Shown here: positions 28,995-39,121 of the stretch, piece after piece
How positions within the stretch are numbered: position 1 is the stretch's first letter
Layout of the letters: each line of letters begins with the position of its first letter
Source of the DNA: Dehalococcoidia bacterium
GTDB lineage: Bacteria; Chloroflexota; Dehalococcoidia; Plut-88900
Reading direction: 5' to 3'
Assembly: GCA_965207225.1 (NCBI GenBank)
Contig: CBDBLV010000004.1
Location: 416,001 to 480,000, forward strand
Length of the DNA: 64,000 nt
Notes under the pieces: model-generated
What the model saw: the letters and a program-made list of their open reading frames with translations, nothing else
Databases searched by the model: none
Told to the model about the DNA's origin: nothing
Program-made: the position numbers and the translations under genes

Positions 28995-29504
28995 ATGCCT
29001 AACTGGGCCGAGACCATACTTGAAGAGCTAAAGAAGAAAGAGATATCCCTCATAGCCTTCGTCCCCGACATCAGCATAGACAGGGTCACCTCCTTGCTGG
29101 AGAACGACCCCTATTTCCACGTTATAGCTGCGACCAGGGAGGAAGAGGCCATCGGCATAGCCTGCGGCGCCTTTGCCGCGGGCCGCAACGCCGCCGTTTT
29201 CATGCAGTCCAGCGGATTCGGCAACTCCATCAACGCCATCACCAGCCTGTGCACCACCTGCCGGTTCCCCGTACCTATCTTCATAAACCTGCGGGGCGAG
29301 GTCGGGGAGTTCAACATCGCGCAGGTCCCCATGGGCCGGGCCACGAGGCCCATCCTGGATGTCCTGAACATCCCCTTCTATACCCTGGACACCGACCATA
29401 ATCTCGACAAGACGGTCGGCGGGGCCCTTAAGCTGTGCTACAGCAGCCGGGAGCCCGTGGCCCTCTGCATGACCCCCCTGCTCCACGGAGGAAAACTTGC
29501 TTAG
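28995..29504 (+). CDS. comD: Sulfopyruvate/phosphonopyruvate decarboxylase alpha subunit-like
   Basis: VPD, TREEEAIGIACG and MQSSGFGNSINA motifs. Confidence 0.8.
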   Translation: MPNWAETILEELKKKEISLIAFVPDISIDRVTSLLENDPYFHVIAATREEEAIGIACGAFAAGRNAAVFMQSSGFGNSINAITSLCTTCRFPVPIFINLRGEVGEFNIAQVPMGRATRPILDVLNIPFYTLDTDHNLDKTVGGALKLCYSSREPVALCMTPLLHGGKLA

Positions 29505-30093
29505 ACTCGACGCTACCAAGATGATCCTGTCCCACCTCAAGGACGAGGTTGTGATCTCGAACCTCGGCCCCACCACCGACGAACTGTGGATGGCCGGGCA
29601 TCGGGACCGCAACTTCTACACTTACGGCTCCATGGGCCTCTGTTCCTCCATGGCCCTCGGCATGGCCCTCTCCACCGACGAAAAGATAATCTCCTTGGAC
29701 GGGGACGGCTCCCTGCTGATGAACATGGGTGCTTTGGCCACGATAGCCCGTGAGAAGCCCAAAAACCTCATAGTCATCTGCTGGGACAACGAGGAGTGGG
29801 CCCAGACCGGTCACCAGAAGACCCACACCGCCTTTTCCACCGACCTCGAGAAGGTTGCGATAGGCTGTGGCATCGACAAGACCGCAACCGTCCGGGACAT
29901 CGAGTCCCTTGAAGGCGCCCTGCTTCGCGCCCTCTCCGAGGACGGGCCCTGGTACATCAACGCCAAGATCGAGGCCAGCGAAGAATACCCCGTGATGCCC
30001 ATAGAGCCGGAGGTCACCCTCTGGCGCTTCCGCCGCACCTTCACGGACATCCCCACCGGCCACCTCACCGCAATGCCCGAGGCCAGGCCCTAG
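29497..30093 (+). CDS. comE: Sulfopyruvate/phosphonopyruvate decarboxylase beta subunit-like
   Basis: NFYTYGSMG and DGDGSLLMN TPP motif; coupled to the alpha subunit gene. Confidence 0.8.
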   Translation: MLRLDATKMILSHLKDEVVISNLGPTTDELWMAGHRDRNFYTYGSMGLCSSMALGMALSTDEKIISLDGDGSLLMNMGALATIAREKPKNLIVICWDNEEWAQTGHQKTHTAFSTDLEKVAIGCGIDKTATVRDIESLEGALLRALSEDGPWYINAKIEASEEYPVMPIEPEVTLWRFRRTFTDIPTGHLTAMPEARP

Positions 30094-31292
30094 ACCCGTA
30101 CCACGTACAGGTCCCGCTCCTGCTCGGTCAGCACCTCGCAGCCGTCTTCGGTGATGGCGATTGTTTCGCTCATCCCCACCCCGAACCGCCCCGGGGCCCG
30201 GTACGTGATGGGCATGTGGAAGGTCATACCCGGCAGCAACTCCTGCTCGACTCCCTCGGCAAACCAGGTCAGGGCTTCCGACCAGGTCGGCGGGAAGCCG
30301 ATGCCCACGTTGTACCCGTAAGTCCCCCCGAAGTGGGTCATATCATCAACTCGGGCGTAGACCTTCTTCGCCGCCATCGCAACCTCGTGGCCCGTGCGGC
30401 CGGGCCTCGCCTCCTGGATGATGGTCGACACCGTGTCCTTGACGGCATCAGCGACACGGAGCACATCTTCGGAGGGCTCCCCAATAACTGCCGTGCGCAT
30501 CATCGGCGCCGTGTATCGCTGGTGTGCGCCGCCATACTCCAGGAACACGTTGTCTCCAAATTCCAGGGGTATACGTCGATAGGTCGTATGCCCATAGCTT
30601 GTTCTGATGCCCGACGACACGATAGGTTGCACGGACATGAACTCGCTTCCCGCTGCAATCATGGCGTCGTACCCGACCCTCGCCACGTCGTTGTCGAGAA
30701 TCCCCGGCCTGATAGCCTCCAACGAGGCGTTGATTGCAGCCCTGGTGTAGCCGGCCGCCTTTCGCAGGAAGTCCAGTTCCAGGGGTGATTTCACCAACCG
30801 CACCCGACCCACGAGGTCCGAGGCATCCGCCAATGAAGCCAGTGGCAGCGACGACTCCAACGATTGCAAAACCGGCGGCATGAGCCCGGGCCTCGAGGGC
30901 TCGATGCCCAGCCGCCCCGACTCCAGGCCCATCTCCCGGACCAGTTCTGCAAGTTGCTCTCCGGCGCTCTCCTGCCCCCGCCATTCCGCAATGACAAAGC
31001 TCTTCACCCACGAATTCACGACACCCGCGGGAATTTCCATGGAAGTCAACTGCAGTGCCGCGTCCCCATTCAACGGCAGGACCAGGCACGCATGGTTCCC
31101 GACCCCGAAAGTGTAGTACCCGCTCACGTAGTACAGGTTGCACGGGTAGGTCACCAGAAGGGCGTCGAGGCCTTCCGCCTCCATTTCCTTCCGCACTTTC
31201 CTGACCCGCTCGTGGTACTCCTCTTCGGGGAACGGGACCCCACTCCTATGAGAGGTTGCCATTAGTCCTGCCAGGTACTGGTCTGCGTCCAT
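30090..31292 (-). CDS. M24 Xaa-Pro peptidase / creatinase-like hydrolase
   Basis: VRLVKSPLE, GYNVGIGFPPTW and SETIAITEDGCEVLT motifs. Confidence 0.88.
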   Translation of the reverse strand: MDADQYLAGLMATSHRSGVPFPEEEYHERVRKVRKEMEAEGLDALLVTYPCNLYYVSGYYTFGVGNHACLVLPLNGDAALQLTSMEIPAGVVNSWVKSFVIAEWRGQESAGEQLAELVREMGLESGRLGIEPSRPGLMPPVLQSLESSLPLASLADASDLVGRVRLVKSPLELDFLRKAAGYTRAAINASLEAIRPGILDNDVARVGYDAMIAAGSEFMSVQPIVSSGIRTSYGHTTYRRIPLEFGDNVFLEYGGAHQRYTAPMMRTAVIGEPSEDVLRVADAVKDTVSTIIQEARPGRTGHEVAMAAKKVYARVDDMTHFGGTYGYNVGIGFPPTWSEALTWFAEGVEQELLPGMTFHMPITYRAPGRFGVGMSETIAITEDGCEVLTEQERDLYVVRV

Positions 31293-31350
31293 ATATCTCT
31301 CCTGTTTGGATATATCCTCCGTTCCCGCAACTATTCTACGCTGTCTCTAT

Positions 31351-31400
31351 GTCATCCCGAACGCCCTCCTCATGTCATCCTGAACGGCAGTGAGGGATCT
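31351..31400. repeat. REP-like GTCATCC...GGATCT units
   Basis: GTCATCCCGAAC and GTCATCCTGAACGGCAGTGAGGGATCT; a related copy sits at 41178. Confidence 0.6.
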
Positions 31401-31522
31401 GGGGTTGGGTGGTGCAGGTCCTGTGTTGAACCTGCGGTCTCGGAATCGCATAGTAGCGTCCATGTAGTCGGCGGACCATCTTCGCTCAACACGACCCCCG
31501 GCTATCCCGCTATAATCACCCT

Positions 31523-32275
31523 ATGCCAGACTCAACCCACAGTATCTCCGATACAGCCTGGCAGGAGGACGACTCCCAGGTCTTCCTCCGCTACGGCCCC
31601 CTTTTCATCCCCCGGCGGGAGGAGCAGATCGAGACTGTCTGCCGGCTGGTCCCGGCAGAGCCGGAAGAGGAATTTAACGCAGTGGAACTCGGCGCGGGAG
31701 ACGGGGCCCTTGCCACTGCCATGCTTTCTTTCTTCCCCAACTGTAATTACCTGGCCCTGGACGGCTCCGATCTCATGCGAGAACGCCTGGAGGCTTTGCC
31801 CGAGTCCCGCGCAGGCCGCCTACGGGTCTCCGACTTTGACCTTGCCGATGCCCGGTGGCCCGCTCTTCTACCCTCCCCACTCCGCTGCATCCTCGCATCC
31901 CTCATCGTCCATCATCTGGACGGCGATCAAGCCAAGAGGGACCTCTTCTCAAAGGTCGCCTCCGGCCTGGAACCCGGCGGCGCGTTCATAATCGTAGACC
32001 TCGTCGAACCTGCTTCCCCCCACGCCCGGGACACCTACGTCCGACAGTGGGATGAGGGAGTCCGCGCCCGCATCGAACAGTCGGGCGAAGGAACTGAACC
32101 GTACGAAATCTTCCGCGAGCACCGATGGAATTTCTACGAAGACCCGGACCCCGACCCCTACGACCAACCCTCCCCCCTCCCCGACCAGCTAAATTGGCTT
32201 CGAGAGTCGGGCTTCAGCAAAGTGGACTGCTTCTGGATGTACGCAGGCCACGCAATCTTCGGCGGATACAAATGA
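31523..32275 (+). CDS. Class I SAM-dependent methyltransferase
   Basis: VELGAGDG, LDGS, IVHHL and LEPGG motifs. Confidence 0.9.
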   Translation: MPDSTHSISDTAWQEDDSQVFLRYGPLFIPRREEQIETVCRLVPAEPEEEFNAVELGAGDGALATAMLSFFPNCNYLALDGSDLMRERLEALPESRAGRLRVSDFDLADARWPALLPSPLRCILASLIVHHLDGDQAKRDLFSKVASGLEPGGAFIIVDLVEPASPHARDTYVRQWDEGVRARIEQSGEGTEPYEIFREHRWNFYEDPDPDPYDQPSPLPDQLNWLRESGFSKVDCFWMYAGHAIFGGYK

Positions 32276-32997
32276 CATCAACTACATTCAACCTCAGCTG
32301 GATTCATGACCTCATGGACGAATTGGCTTGCCGACGCCCTCCCATTTTCCATTCAGAAGCGGACTTTCAACACGAATTAGCATGGCTGCTACGAAAGGAA
32401 ACACATATAAAGCCGCGTCTAGAATATCCATACCCGCCTAAACCCCGGAAAGACAAGAAAGATACAAAGGGCGAGAATGCAAAAATCCGCAAGCGAGAGT
32501 ACATGGACATTTGGCTTCCAGGCAAAGGTGTTGCCATTGAACTGAAATACCAAACCAATGAACTGGGAAGCTCTTTGTCTGGTGAGTCTTTCCAACTCAC
32601 TCAGCAGAGTCGCGGCCCCCAAGTCAGATATGATTTCCTTAAGGACGTTCAGAGACTGGAAGACCTAGACTTACCCGGCTACAAAGTTGGATTTGCGATT
32701 TTATTGACCAACAGTCGCTCCCTCTGGAACGCTCCTGCAAAAAACAGGAAAGAACCAATTGTTGATCCTGAATTTAGGCTCCACGAATACGATGAGGATG
32801 GCAACCGCCGAGTAATTTCAGGATGCTTAGAATGGGCAGATCACTCTAAGCAAAAATGTGAAGGCCCCCGAACACACCCTATATGCCTTAATGGTTCGTA
32901 CCGTCCGTGTTGGAAGAAATACTATGATCTGAAATTTGATAAAGAGCCTGGTCTGTTCAAATACCTCGCCTTCCAAGTCCCTGGCCCCGAGTTCTAA
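32272..32997 (+). CDS. Hypothetical protein, possible PD-(D/E)xK nuclease fold, lower GC
   Basis: SEADFQ, DIW...AIELKY and KDVQRLE; ATGA overlap with the upstream gene. Confidence 0.7.
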   Translation: MTSTTFNLSWIHDLMDELACRRPPIFHSEADFQHELAWLLRKETHIKPRLEYPYPPKPRKDKKDTKGENAKIRKREYMDIWLPGKGVAIELKYQTNELGSSLSGESFQLTQQSRGPQVRYDFLKDVQRLEDLDLPGYKVGFAILLTNSRSLWNAPAKNRKEPIVDPEFRLHEYDEDGNRRVISGCLEWADHSKQKCEGPRTHPICLNGSYRPCWKKYYDLKFDKEPGLFKYLAFQVPGPEF

Positions 32998-33008
32998 GGA
33001 GCATTGAC

Positions 33009-34208
33009 ATGATCACTAGATTCGGCACCCTTTTCGCCGGCCATGTAGACATGGAACCCGTCGGCCTCTCAGCGCCCGCGGTCAACGACAGGCTCTACCC
33101 CAACGATCACCTCATCACCGCCTTTGACCGCTCGGCGGACATGGCAAAGCTCATGGACGACCTCGGCTACGACACCCTCTGGCTCGCCGAGCACCACTTC
33201 CAGAGAGAGGGCTACGAGTGCATCCCCAACATCCTCATGCTGGCCATGCACCTGACCAGCATCACAAAGAAGTTGAAGATAGGGTCGGGATTCAACATCA
33301 CCACCATGTGGCATCCCCTGCGCCTCGCCGAGGACTACGCCACCGCCGACGTGCTGACCGGGGGTCGGGTGGTCTTTGGGGTGGGTAGGGGTTACCACAC
33401 CCGGGAAGTTGAGGTATTCGGAAACCCGCTCCTTGACCAGGAAGCCAACCGGGACCTCTTCGAAGAGCAGGTCGACATCATCTTCAAGGCCTTCAACGAA
33501 GAGTCCTTCTCCCACCACGGCAAGTACTACGACATCCCCGTCAAGGTGCCCTATCGGGGCTACGACCTGGAGGACATCACCCTGGTCCCCCGACCGGTCA
33601 ACCTCCCCGTCGAGTGCTGGCAGCCGATAGTCAGCGGCGGCGCCAGGGGTCTGAACTTCATGGCCAAACACGGGATCAAGGGAGTCATAGGGGGTGGGGT
33701 GGCCCAGGGCGGCGCTTCCAGCAAGGTAGTAAAGACGTGGCAGGACACTCTGGCCGCCCACGGCAGGCAGACCGAGCTCGGGGGAGACCTCCTCATGGGA
33801 TTCTCCCTTCACATCGCCGAGACCCCCGAAAAAGCCATCAACGAAGCCCGTGACTACTACTACGAGGACATGAAGATGTTCGCCCCCCTCAACATGCGCC
33901 GTGGCATCACACCCGAGCAGATCGAGCTTATGGGCGATCCCGCTAAGGCCCCGCTAATCCCCGACCTCCCCAGGATCGAAGACGACGCGGCGAGGGGCGG
34001 CTGGCTCTGCGGCCCGCCCGATTTCATCATTGAGCAGCTCAAGAAGGTGCAGGAGATGTATCCAGGCCTGGAGCACGTCAACGTCGGGAGCGCAATCGGC
34101 ACGCCTCACTCCGTAGTCATGGAGCAACTGGAAATGTTCGGCAAGGAAGTCATGCCCACATTCACTAAGCAGGCCGAAGAATCCAAGGCAAAGGTAGCAG
34201 CATCATGA
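33009..34208 (+). CDS. LLM-class flavin-dependent oxidoreductase
   Basis: GYDTLWLAEHHF, HPLRLAED and GVGRGY motifs. Confidence 0.93.
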   Translation: MITRFGTLFAGHVDMEPVGLSAPAVNDRLYPNDHLITAFDRSADMAKLMDDLGYDTLWLAEHHFQREGYECIPNILMLAMHLTSITKKLKIGSGFNITTMWHPLRLAEDYATADVLTGGRVVFGVGRGYHTREVEVFGNPLLDQEANRDLFEEQVDIIFKAFNEESFSHHGKYYDIPVKVPYRGYDLEDITLVPRPVNLPVECWQPIVSGGARGLNFMAKHGIKGVIGGGVAQGGASSKVVKTWQDTLAAHGRQTELGGDLLMGFSLHIAETPEKAINEARDYYYEDMKMFAPLNMRRGITPEQIELMGDPAKAPLIPDLPRIEDDAARGGWLCGPPDFIIEQLKKVQEMYPGLEHVNVGSAIGTPHSVVMEQLEMFGKEVMPTFTKQAEESKAKVAAS

Positions 34209-35986
34209 TCGACCCCATCACCCTCGAAGTAATCCGTCACCGCCTGAAGTCCATCGCCGACGAGATGGAGATGACCCTCCTGAAGAGCTCCTACTCCAGC
34301 GTCATCAAAGAGGGCCTCGACGCCTCAACCGCCATCTTCGACGTAGAGGGCAACACCATTGCCCAGGGCAACTCGATCCCCATTCACCTCGGGAGCCTGA
34401 TCCCGGCCGTCAAGTCCATCACCGAGACCTATCCTCCCGACACCATGCAGGACGGCGACGCCTACATCCTCAACAACCCCTACAGGGGTGGCACCCACCT
34501 CCCCGACGTGACCATCATCACGCCGGTCTTCCACAACGGAAAGCCCATAGTCTTCGGTTGCACCATCGCTCACCACCAGGACCTCGGGGGGAAGACCCCG
34601 GGCAGCATCCCTCCCGACGCCACGGAAATATTCCAGGAAGGCATCATCATGCCCCCCCTGAAGCTCTACGAGGCCGGCGTCCCCAATCACACCCTCCACG
34701 AAATCCTCCGCAACAACATCCGCATCCCTGACATGGTAATCGGCGATATGCGTGCTCAGCTTGCCGCCTGCCACGTGGCCAAAAACCAGATCGCCTCCCT
34801 GCTCACGGAATACTCAGAGGAGACCCTGAAGGAGGCCATGTCGGCCCTGTTGGACAACTCCGAGAAGGCCACCCGGCAGGTCCTTGAGCAGATCCCCGAC
34901 GGCACCTACACCTTCGAGGACTACCTTGATAACGACGGCATAGAGATGGACGTCCGACGCCTGATCAAGGTGACCATCACCATCGAGGGCTCGGACATCA
35001 CCTTCGACTTCACGGGCTCCAGCCCCCAGGTCAAGGGGCCTTTCAACTCGCCCGTCGCCTCCACCATGTCCACTCTTTACTACATAGTCCGTGCCGTCAC
35101 CGGCGCCGACATCATGAGCAACGCCGGCTGTTTCCGCCCCGTCAAAGCGATTCTTCCTAAGGGAAGCATCGTGAATCCCATCTCCCCTGCGCCCGTGAAC
35201 TCCCGCACGGCCACCGTCAAGCGCATCAACGACGTTCTAAACGGCGCCCTGGTGCAGGCCGTCCCCGACCGCCTCCCCGCCGCCTCCTCCGGCCAGCTTC
35301 TCGTCCTGGCCCTGGGGGGAATAGACCCGCAGGGCAACGTCCCCTACGTGGCCAGCGAGCTCGGGGCGGGGGGCATGGGCGCCCGGCCCAACGCCGACGG
35401 CATCGACGCCGTGGAGACCGACGTCTCCAACTGCATGAACGTCCCCGCCGAAGCCCTGGAGATGGACCACCCCATCCGCATCATCAAGTCCAACCTCTGG
35501 AACGACTCCGGCGGCGCTGGCGAATTTCGCGGAGGCCTCGGCCTCGAGAAGGTCTTCGAGATCGCCCGCGGCGAGGCTACCATCACCTACCGCGGCGAGC
35601 GCCACACCCTACCCCCCTGGGGCCTGTTCGGCGGCCTCCCGGGCGAAAAGACTAACGCCCAGATTCACCGCAAAGATGGAAGGGTCGAGATAGTGCCGCC
35701 CAAGGCGACCCTCCGCCTCAAGCAAGGGGACCAACTACACGTCTTCACGTCCGGAGGCGCGGGTTTCGGCGATCCCCTGGACCGCCCTGCCGACAGGGTC
35801 CTCCAGGACTACCTGGACAGCCGGGTCTCCCTGGAGTCCGCCCGTGCCGACTACGGTGTCGTCATCGATCCCGTTGCCAAGACCCTTGACCTCCCCGCCA
35901 CCGACGCCCTTCGGGAAGAAATGCGCTCCGATCGCGGCCCCGTAGCCTGGACCTACGACCTCGGGCTGGAGTTGGGCAGGGTCTAG
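34205..35986 (+). CDS. Hydantoinase B / oxoprolinase family protein
   Basis: DPITLEV, NNPYRGGTHLPD, EIFQEG and DSGGAGEFRGG motifs. Confidence 0.93.
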   Translation: MIDPITLEVIRHRLKSIADEMEMTLLKSSYSSVIKEGLDASTAIFDVEGNTIAQGNSIPIHLGSLIPAVKSITETYPPDTMQDGDAYILNNPYRGGTHLPDVTIITPVFHNGKPIVFGCTIAHHQDLGGKTPGSIPPDATEIFQEGIIMPPLKLYEAGVPNHTLHEILRNNIRIPDMVIGDMRAQLAACHVAKNQIASLLTEYSEETLKEAMSALLDNSEKATRQVLEQIPDGTYTFEDYLDNDGIEMDVRRLIKVTITIEGSDITFDFTGSSPQVKGPFNSPVASTMSTLYYIVRAVTGADIMSNAGCFRPVKAILPKGSIVNPISPAPVNSRTATVKRINDVLNGALVQAVPDRLPAASSGQLLVLALGGIDPQGNVPYVASELGAGGMGARPNADGIDAVETDVSNCMNVPAEALEMDHPIRIIKSNLWNDSGGAGEFRGGLGLEKVFEIARGEATITYRGERHTLPPWGLFGGLPGEKTNAQIHRKDGRVEIVPPKATLRLKQGDQLHVFTSGGAGFGDPLDRPADRVLQDYLDSRVSLESARADYGVVIDPVAKTLDLPATDALREEMRSDRGPVAWTYDLGLELGRV

Positions 35987-36051
35987 CAGCTTCTTCGCCG
36001 CGGGCAGTAGAGGAGCGGGGCCTGGTTGCGGGTCTCAGACTTGGTTGCTGC

Positions 36052-39000
36052 CTATTCGTAGCGCAAGGCTTCGGAAGGGGCCACGTTGCCTGCGCTCCTG
36101 GCCGGCAGGAACGTCATCAGAAGGGACAGGATGTAGGCCACCACGGCAATGCCCAAGACCTGAGTCCACGGCACAACTAGACTGTAAGCAGCCTCTTCGT
36201 GCCGTATCGAGCTCACCACGTTCACCGAGGTCAACAGGCCCAGCCCCAGCCCCATCACAATCCCGAGTACCGCAATGAACGACGACTCCAACAGGAATGA
36301 AAGCTGCACCATCCCCCGGGAGTAGCCAATGGCCCGCAGCACGCCTATCTGGTGCCGACGCTCCACCACCGCCCTGGCGCTCACCACCCCCAGCGCCGCT
36401 ATGCCCACAACTAGCCCCAGGGACATGAACGCCAGAAGCAAGTTGGTAAAGGCTCGGTTGGAACTCTGCAGGCCGTCCATGACCTCGTTGATATCCAGCG
36501 TTTCCATGCCGTTGGCAAAGAATGCGGCCTCTATCTTGAGCGCGGCATCCTCCGTCCCCGGTTCTACGTGGAAGAAGAACTGGTTGGCATCGACATCCCG
36601 GGGCAGCTCGGCCGTCAGCAGGTTGGTGGAGGTATAAACGCCAATCGGCAGCAGACCCTGGGATGCGAAGTCGTCAAACACCCCGATAACGGTGAGGTCC
36701 AGCGTCGTGTTGCTCTTCAGGTCCCGCACCTGGATCGGCACGGGCTCCATGTAGTCGTTCTCCTGGTATAGCTCCTCCACCCCTCCCAGCGTGAAATTAT
36801 CCCCTTGCACGTCGAACTGGAAGTCATTCCTGCTCGGCACCAGGAAGGAGTTCACCACTGCCAGGCCCGGGTTTTCCCTGACATCTCTCCACAACCTCTC
36901 CGTATCTACCTCTCCATCTTCAGTGTATTCGGCCGTGGACAGCATGATTTCATAGCGATTGGAGTCCACGAAGTCATCGTCCACGCCCGTTAGGATGGTA
37001 TCGTCGAAATCTTCACCGGGGACATTCGACAACCGTGCACTTGCATCGAATATGTTTCTCAGTATTCCAACCGAAGGGTCTCCCTCCACCCGACTCACGA
37101 ACTCAAGGTCGGGGTTGACTTCGATGGCGGCGCGAAGGTCGGTTACCGGGTTGGTGTCGTTCAGCGAAAAGGCCATCACCTCGTATCCGCCGCCGATCCT
37201 GTCTTGGTCACCCAACAGCTCGTTGAACCCCTGGATTACCACGCTCATCACGGTCACCGAATAGATGACAACCGCAAACATCGCCACGGATATCCCGGTC
37301 CGGAACCCGAATCTGAGCGGATAGGCAATAGATGACTTGATTATCGGCGCGAGGCCCTTGATCCGCCCGACCGTCCTCGATACCAGCCCCAACACGAAGT
37401 CGGCGTTGTTTATGGTGAACAGCACGGCGCCCAGTACGACCATCGTTCCCGTTACGAAGAACACGGTGAAATCGCTGCTCCAGTCGTCCTTTATCGCCCG
37501 TTCCACCGACGGGGGAAGCAGCCACCAGATGACCAGCAGGAGACCTGCGCCCGACAGCGCCCACCGTCGCGCAACCCCGAGATATCGCAGCACTATCGCC
37601 GCACCTAGGACGGATAAAGACGGGCCCAGCCAGAACCAGACCAGGTTGCTGTTGCTGTAACCCGAGAACATCAGCAGCAGGCCAAGAACTATCAGCAGGA
37701 TGCCGCCGGCCAGGGCCTTCTTGGTGGCCCTGGAGCGTCGGGGCTCCGGTATGTCCCGTATCGCCCTTACAATGTTGATGCGGCTGATCCGCCAGGAGGC
37801 GAATGCCACGGTCACCAGCGTAATAACCGCGCCCAGGAAGAATGAGACCAGGACGCTGACCAGCTGAACGTGAGCGCTCAGGGCGAATTCTGAGGTGACG
37901 TCTGCGCTGATGGCACCGGCGGTGGCCTTGACCAGTATGTAGCCCAGGCCCAGCCCGATCACCACCCCCACCACCGAGGACCCCAGCCCGTATATCGCGC
38001 CTTCGGCCAGGAACATCCTTATCAGATGCCCGCGCTTCATCCCTATCGCCCGGGACATCCCCAGTTCCGCTTTCCGCTCCGCCGCCAGCATGGAGAAGAT
38101 CAGGAAAATAAGCAGCAGGCCGACGCCAATGGAAAAGAGCCCGAACACGGTAAAGAAGCTCAGGAACAGGTTCCCCCATTCATTGGCGAAATCTATGCCC
38201 GACTGCTTTATGTCGTGGAGCTCCAGCCCGTTCTCCACCAGGACAGGCAAGTCCCCGTGCCTCCCCACCACCGACTCCGTCAAGTCCACCCCGCTTTCCT
38301 GGTCCCCCAAGTTCGAGACCAGGATGTTCGATAGCCTGCCTTCCTTGCCCAACAGCTCCTGCGCCCGGTCCAGCGACATGCTGACAACGACCTCGTACTG
38401 TTCGCTCTTGAAGAACCAGCCGTCCATGATTGCGCTGACGGTCATTTCCCGGAAGCTGCCGGGCCCCAGGAACAGCTGCAAAGAGTCCCCGACTTCCGCG
38501 TCCAACTCCTCCGCCCCTTCAAGGTCTATTAACAGCTCGTTTTCGCCCAGGTTGTTCAAGTCAATGGGATTCCCATCAGTGTCGAATACCTCGTCGAAGG
38601 TCGCTGCCCGGTAGGGGTCCAGGCCCGTGATTAGGGCGTTGGCTTCGAACTGCTGAGACCCCAGGTTCACCACGGCCACGGTGTCTGCGATGACCGGCAG
38701 TACCCCGTCGATCTCGGGGTCCGGGTCAAGGGCTGCCGCCACGTCTGCAAATATCTCCTCCGGGAAGTCCTCGGGGACAGCCCTGTTCTCCCACAGGTCG
38801 GAGTCCTCGTCCACCCGTATCAGCTCGTCCATTGTCCGGAGATTGTCGGTGACGCTGGTCTTGATACTGTAGGTCATCGAGTCGCCGGTCAGGAAGGCGC
38901 TCATGATGATCGCCGTCGCAAGCATCAGGCCCACCACAACCAGTATCCCCCGGGACGGCCTCCTCAGAACCTGCCTGAGCGCCATCTTCACCAGGATCAT

Positions 39001-39102
39001 GTTGCGGACGGTGATGAATATCAACGCTGAGGCGAATAGAAGGAAAATGACGCCGAGCACTACGGCGTATTGCTCTATCGGGGCGCCAAACAGTTCGTCC
39101 AT
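36052..39102 (-). CDS. ABC transporter permease with two FtsX-like domains
   Basis: ERKAELGMSRAIG, ERRHQIGVLRAIG and EALRYE motifs. Confidence 0.92.
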   Translation of the reverse strand: MDELFGAPIEQYAVVLGVIFLLFASALIFITVRNMILVKMALRQVLRRPSRGILVVVGLMLATAIIMSAFLTGDSMTYSIKTSVTDNLRTMDELIRVDEDSDLWENRAVPEDFPEEIFADVAAALDPDPEIDGVLPVIADTVAVVNLGSQQFEANALITGLDPYRAATFDEVFDTDGNPIDLNNLGENELLIDLEGAEELDAEVGDSLQLFLGPGSFREMTVSAIMDGWFFKSEQYEVVVSMSLDRAQELLGKEGRLSNILVSNLGDQESGVDLTESVVGRHGDLPVLVENGLELHDIKQSGIDFANEWGNLFLSFFTVFGLFSIGVGLLLIFLIFSMLAAERKAELGMSRAIGMKRGHLIRMFLAEGAIYGLGSSVVGVVIGLGLGYILVKATAGAISADVTSEFALSAHVQLVSVLVSFFLGAVITLVTVAFASWRISRINIVRAIRDIPEPRRSRATKKALAGGILLIVLGLLLMFSGYSNSNLVWFWLGPSLSVLGAAIVLRYLGVARRWALSGAGLLLVIWWLLPPSVERAIKDDWSSDFTVFFVTGTMVVLGAVLFTINNADFVLGLVSRTVGRIKGLAPIIKSSIAYPLRFGFRTGISVAMFAVVIYSVTVMSVVIQGFNELLGDQDRIGGGYEVMAFSLNDTNPVTDLRAAIEVNPDLEFVSRVEGDPSVGILRNIFDASARLSNVPGEDFDDTILTGVDDDFVDSNRYEIMLSTAEYTEDGEVDTERLWRDVRENPGLAVVNSFLVPSRNDFQFDVQGDNFTLGGVEELYQENDYMEPVPIQVRDLKSNTTLDLTVIGVFDDFASQGLLPIGVYTSTNLLTAELPRDVDANQFFFHVEPGTEDAALKIEAAFFANGMETLDINEVMDGLQSSNRAFTNLLLAFMSLGLVVGIAALGVVSARAVVERRHQIGVLRAIGYSRGMVQLSFLLESSFIAVLGIVMGLGLGLLTSVNVVSSIRHEEAAYSLVVPWTQVLGIAVVAYILSLLMTFLPARSAGNVAPSEALRYE

Positions 39103-39121
39103 CAGTCAGCCAGCGCGTGAG

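Noticed and set aside
31523-32997. Restriction-modification pair (methyltransferase plus nuclease-like gene)
   Set aside because: The methyltransferase lacks DNA MTase motifs (DPPY/NPPY or PC) and looks like a small-molecule enzyme.
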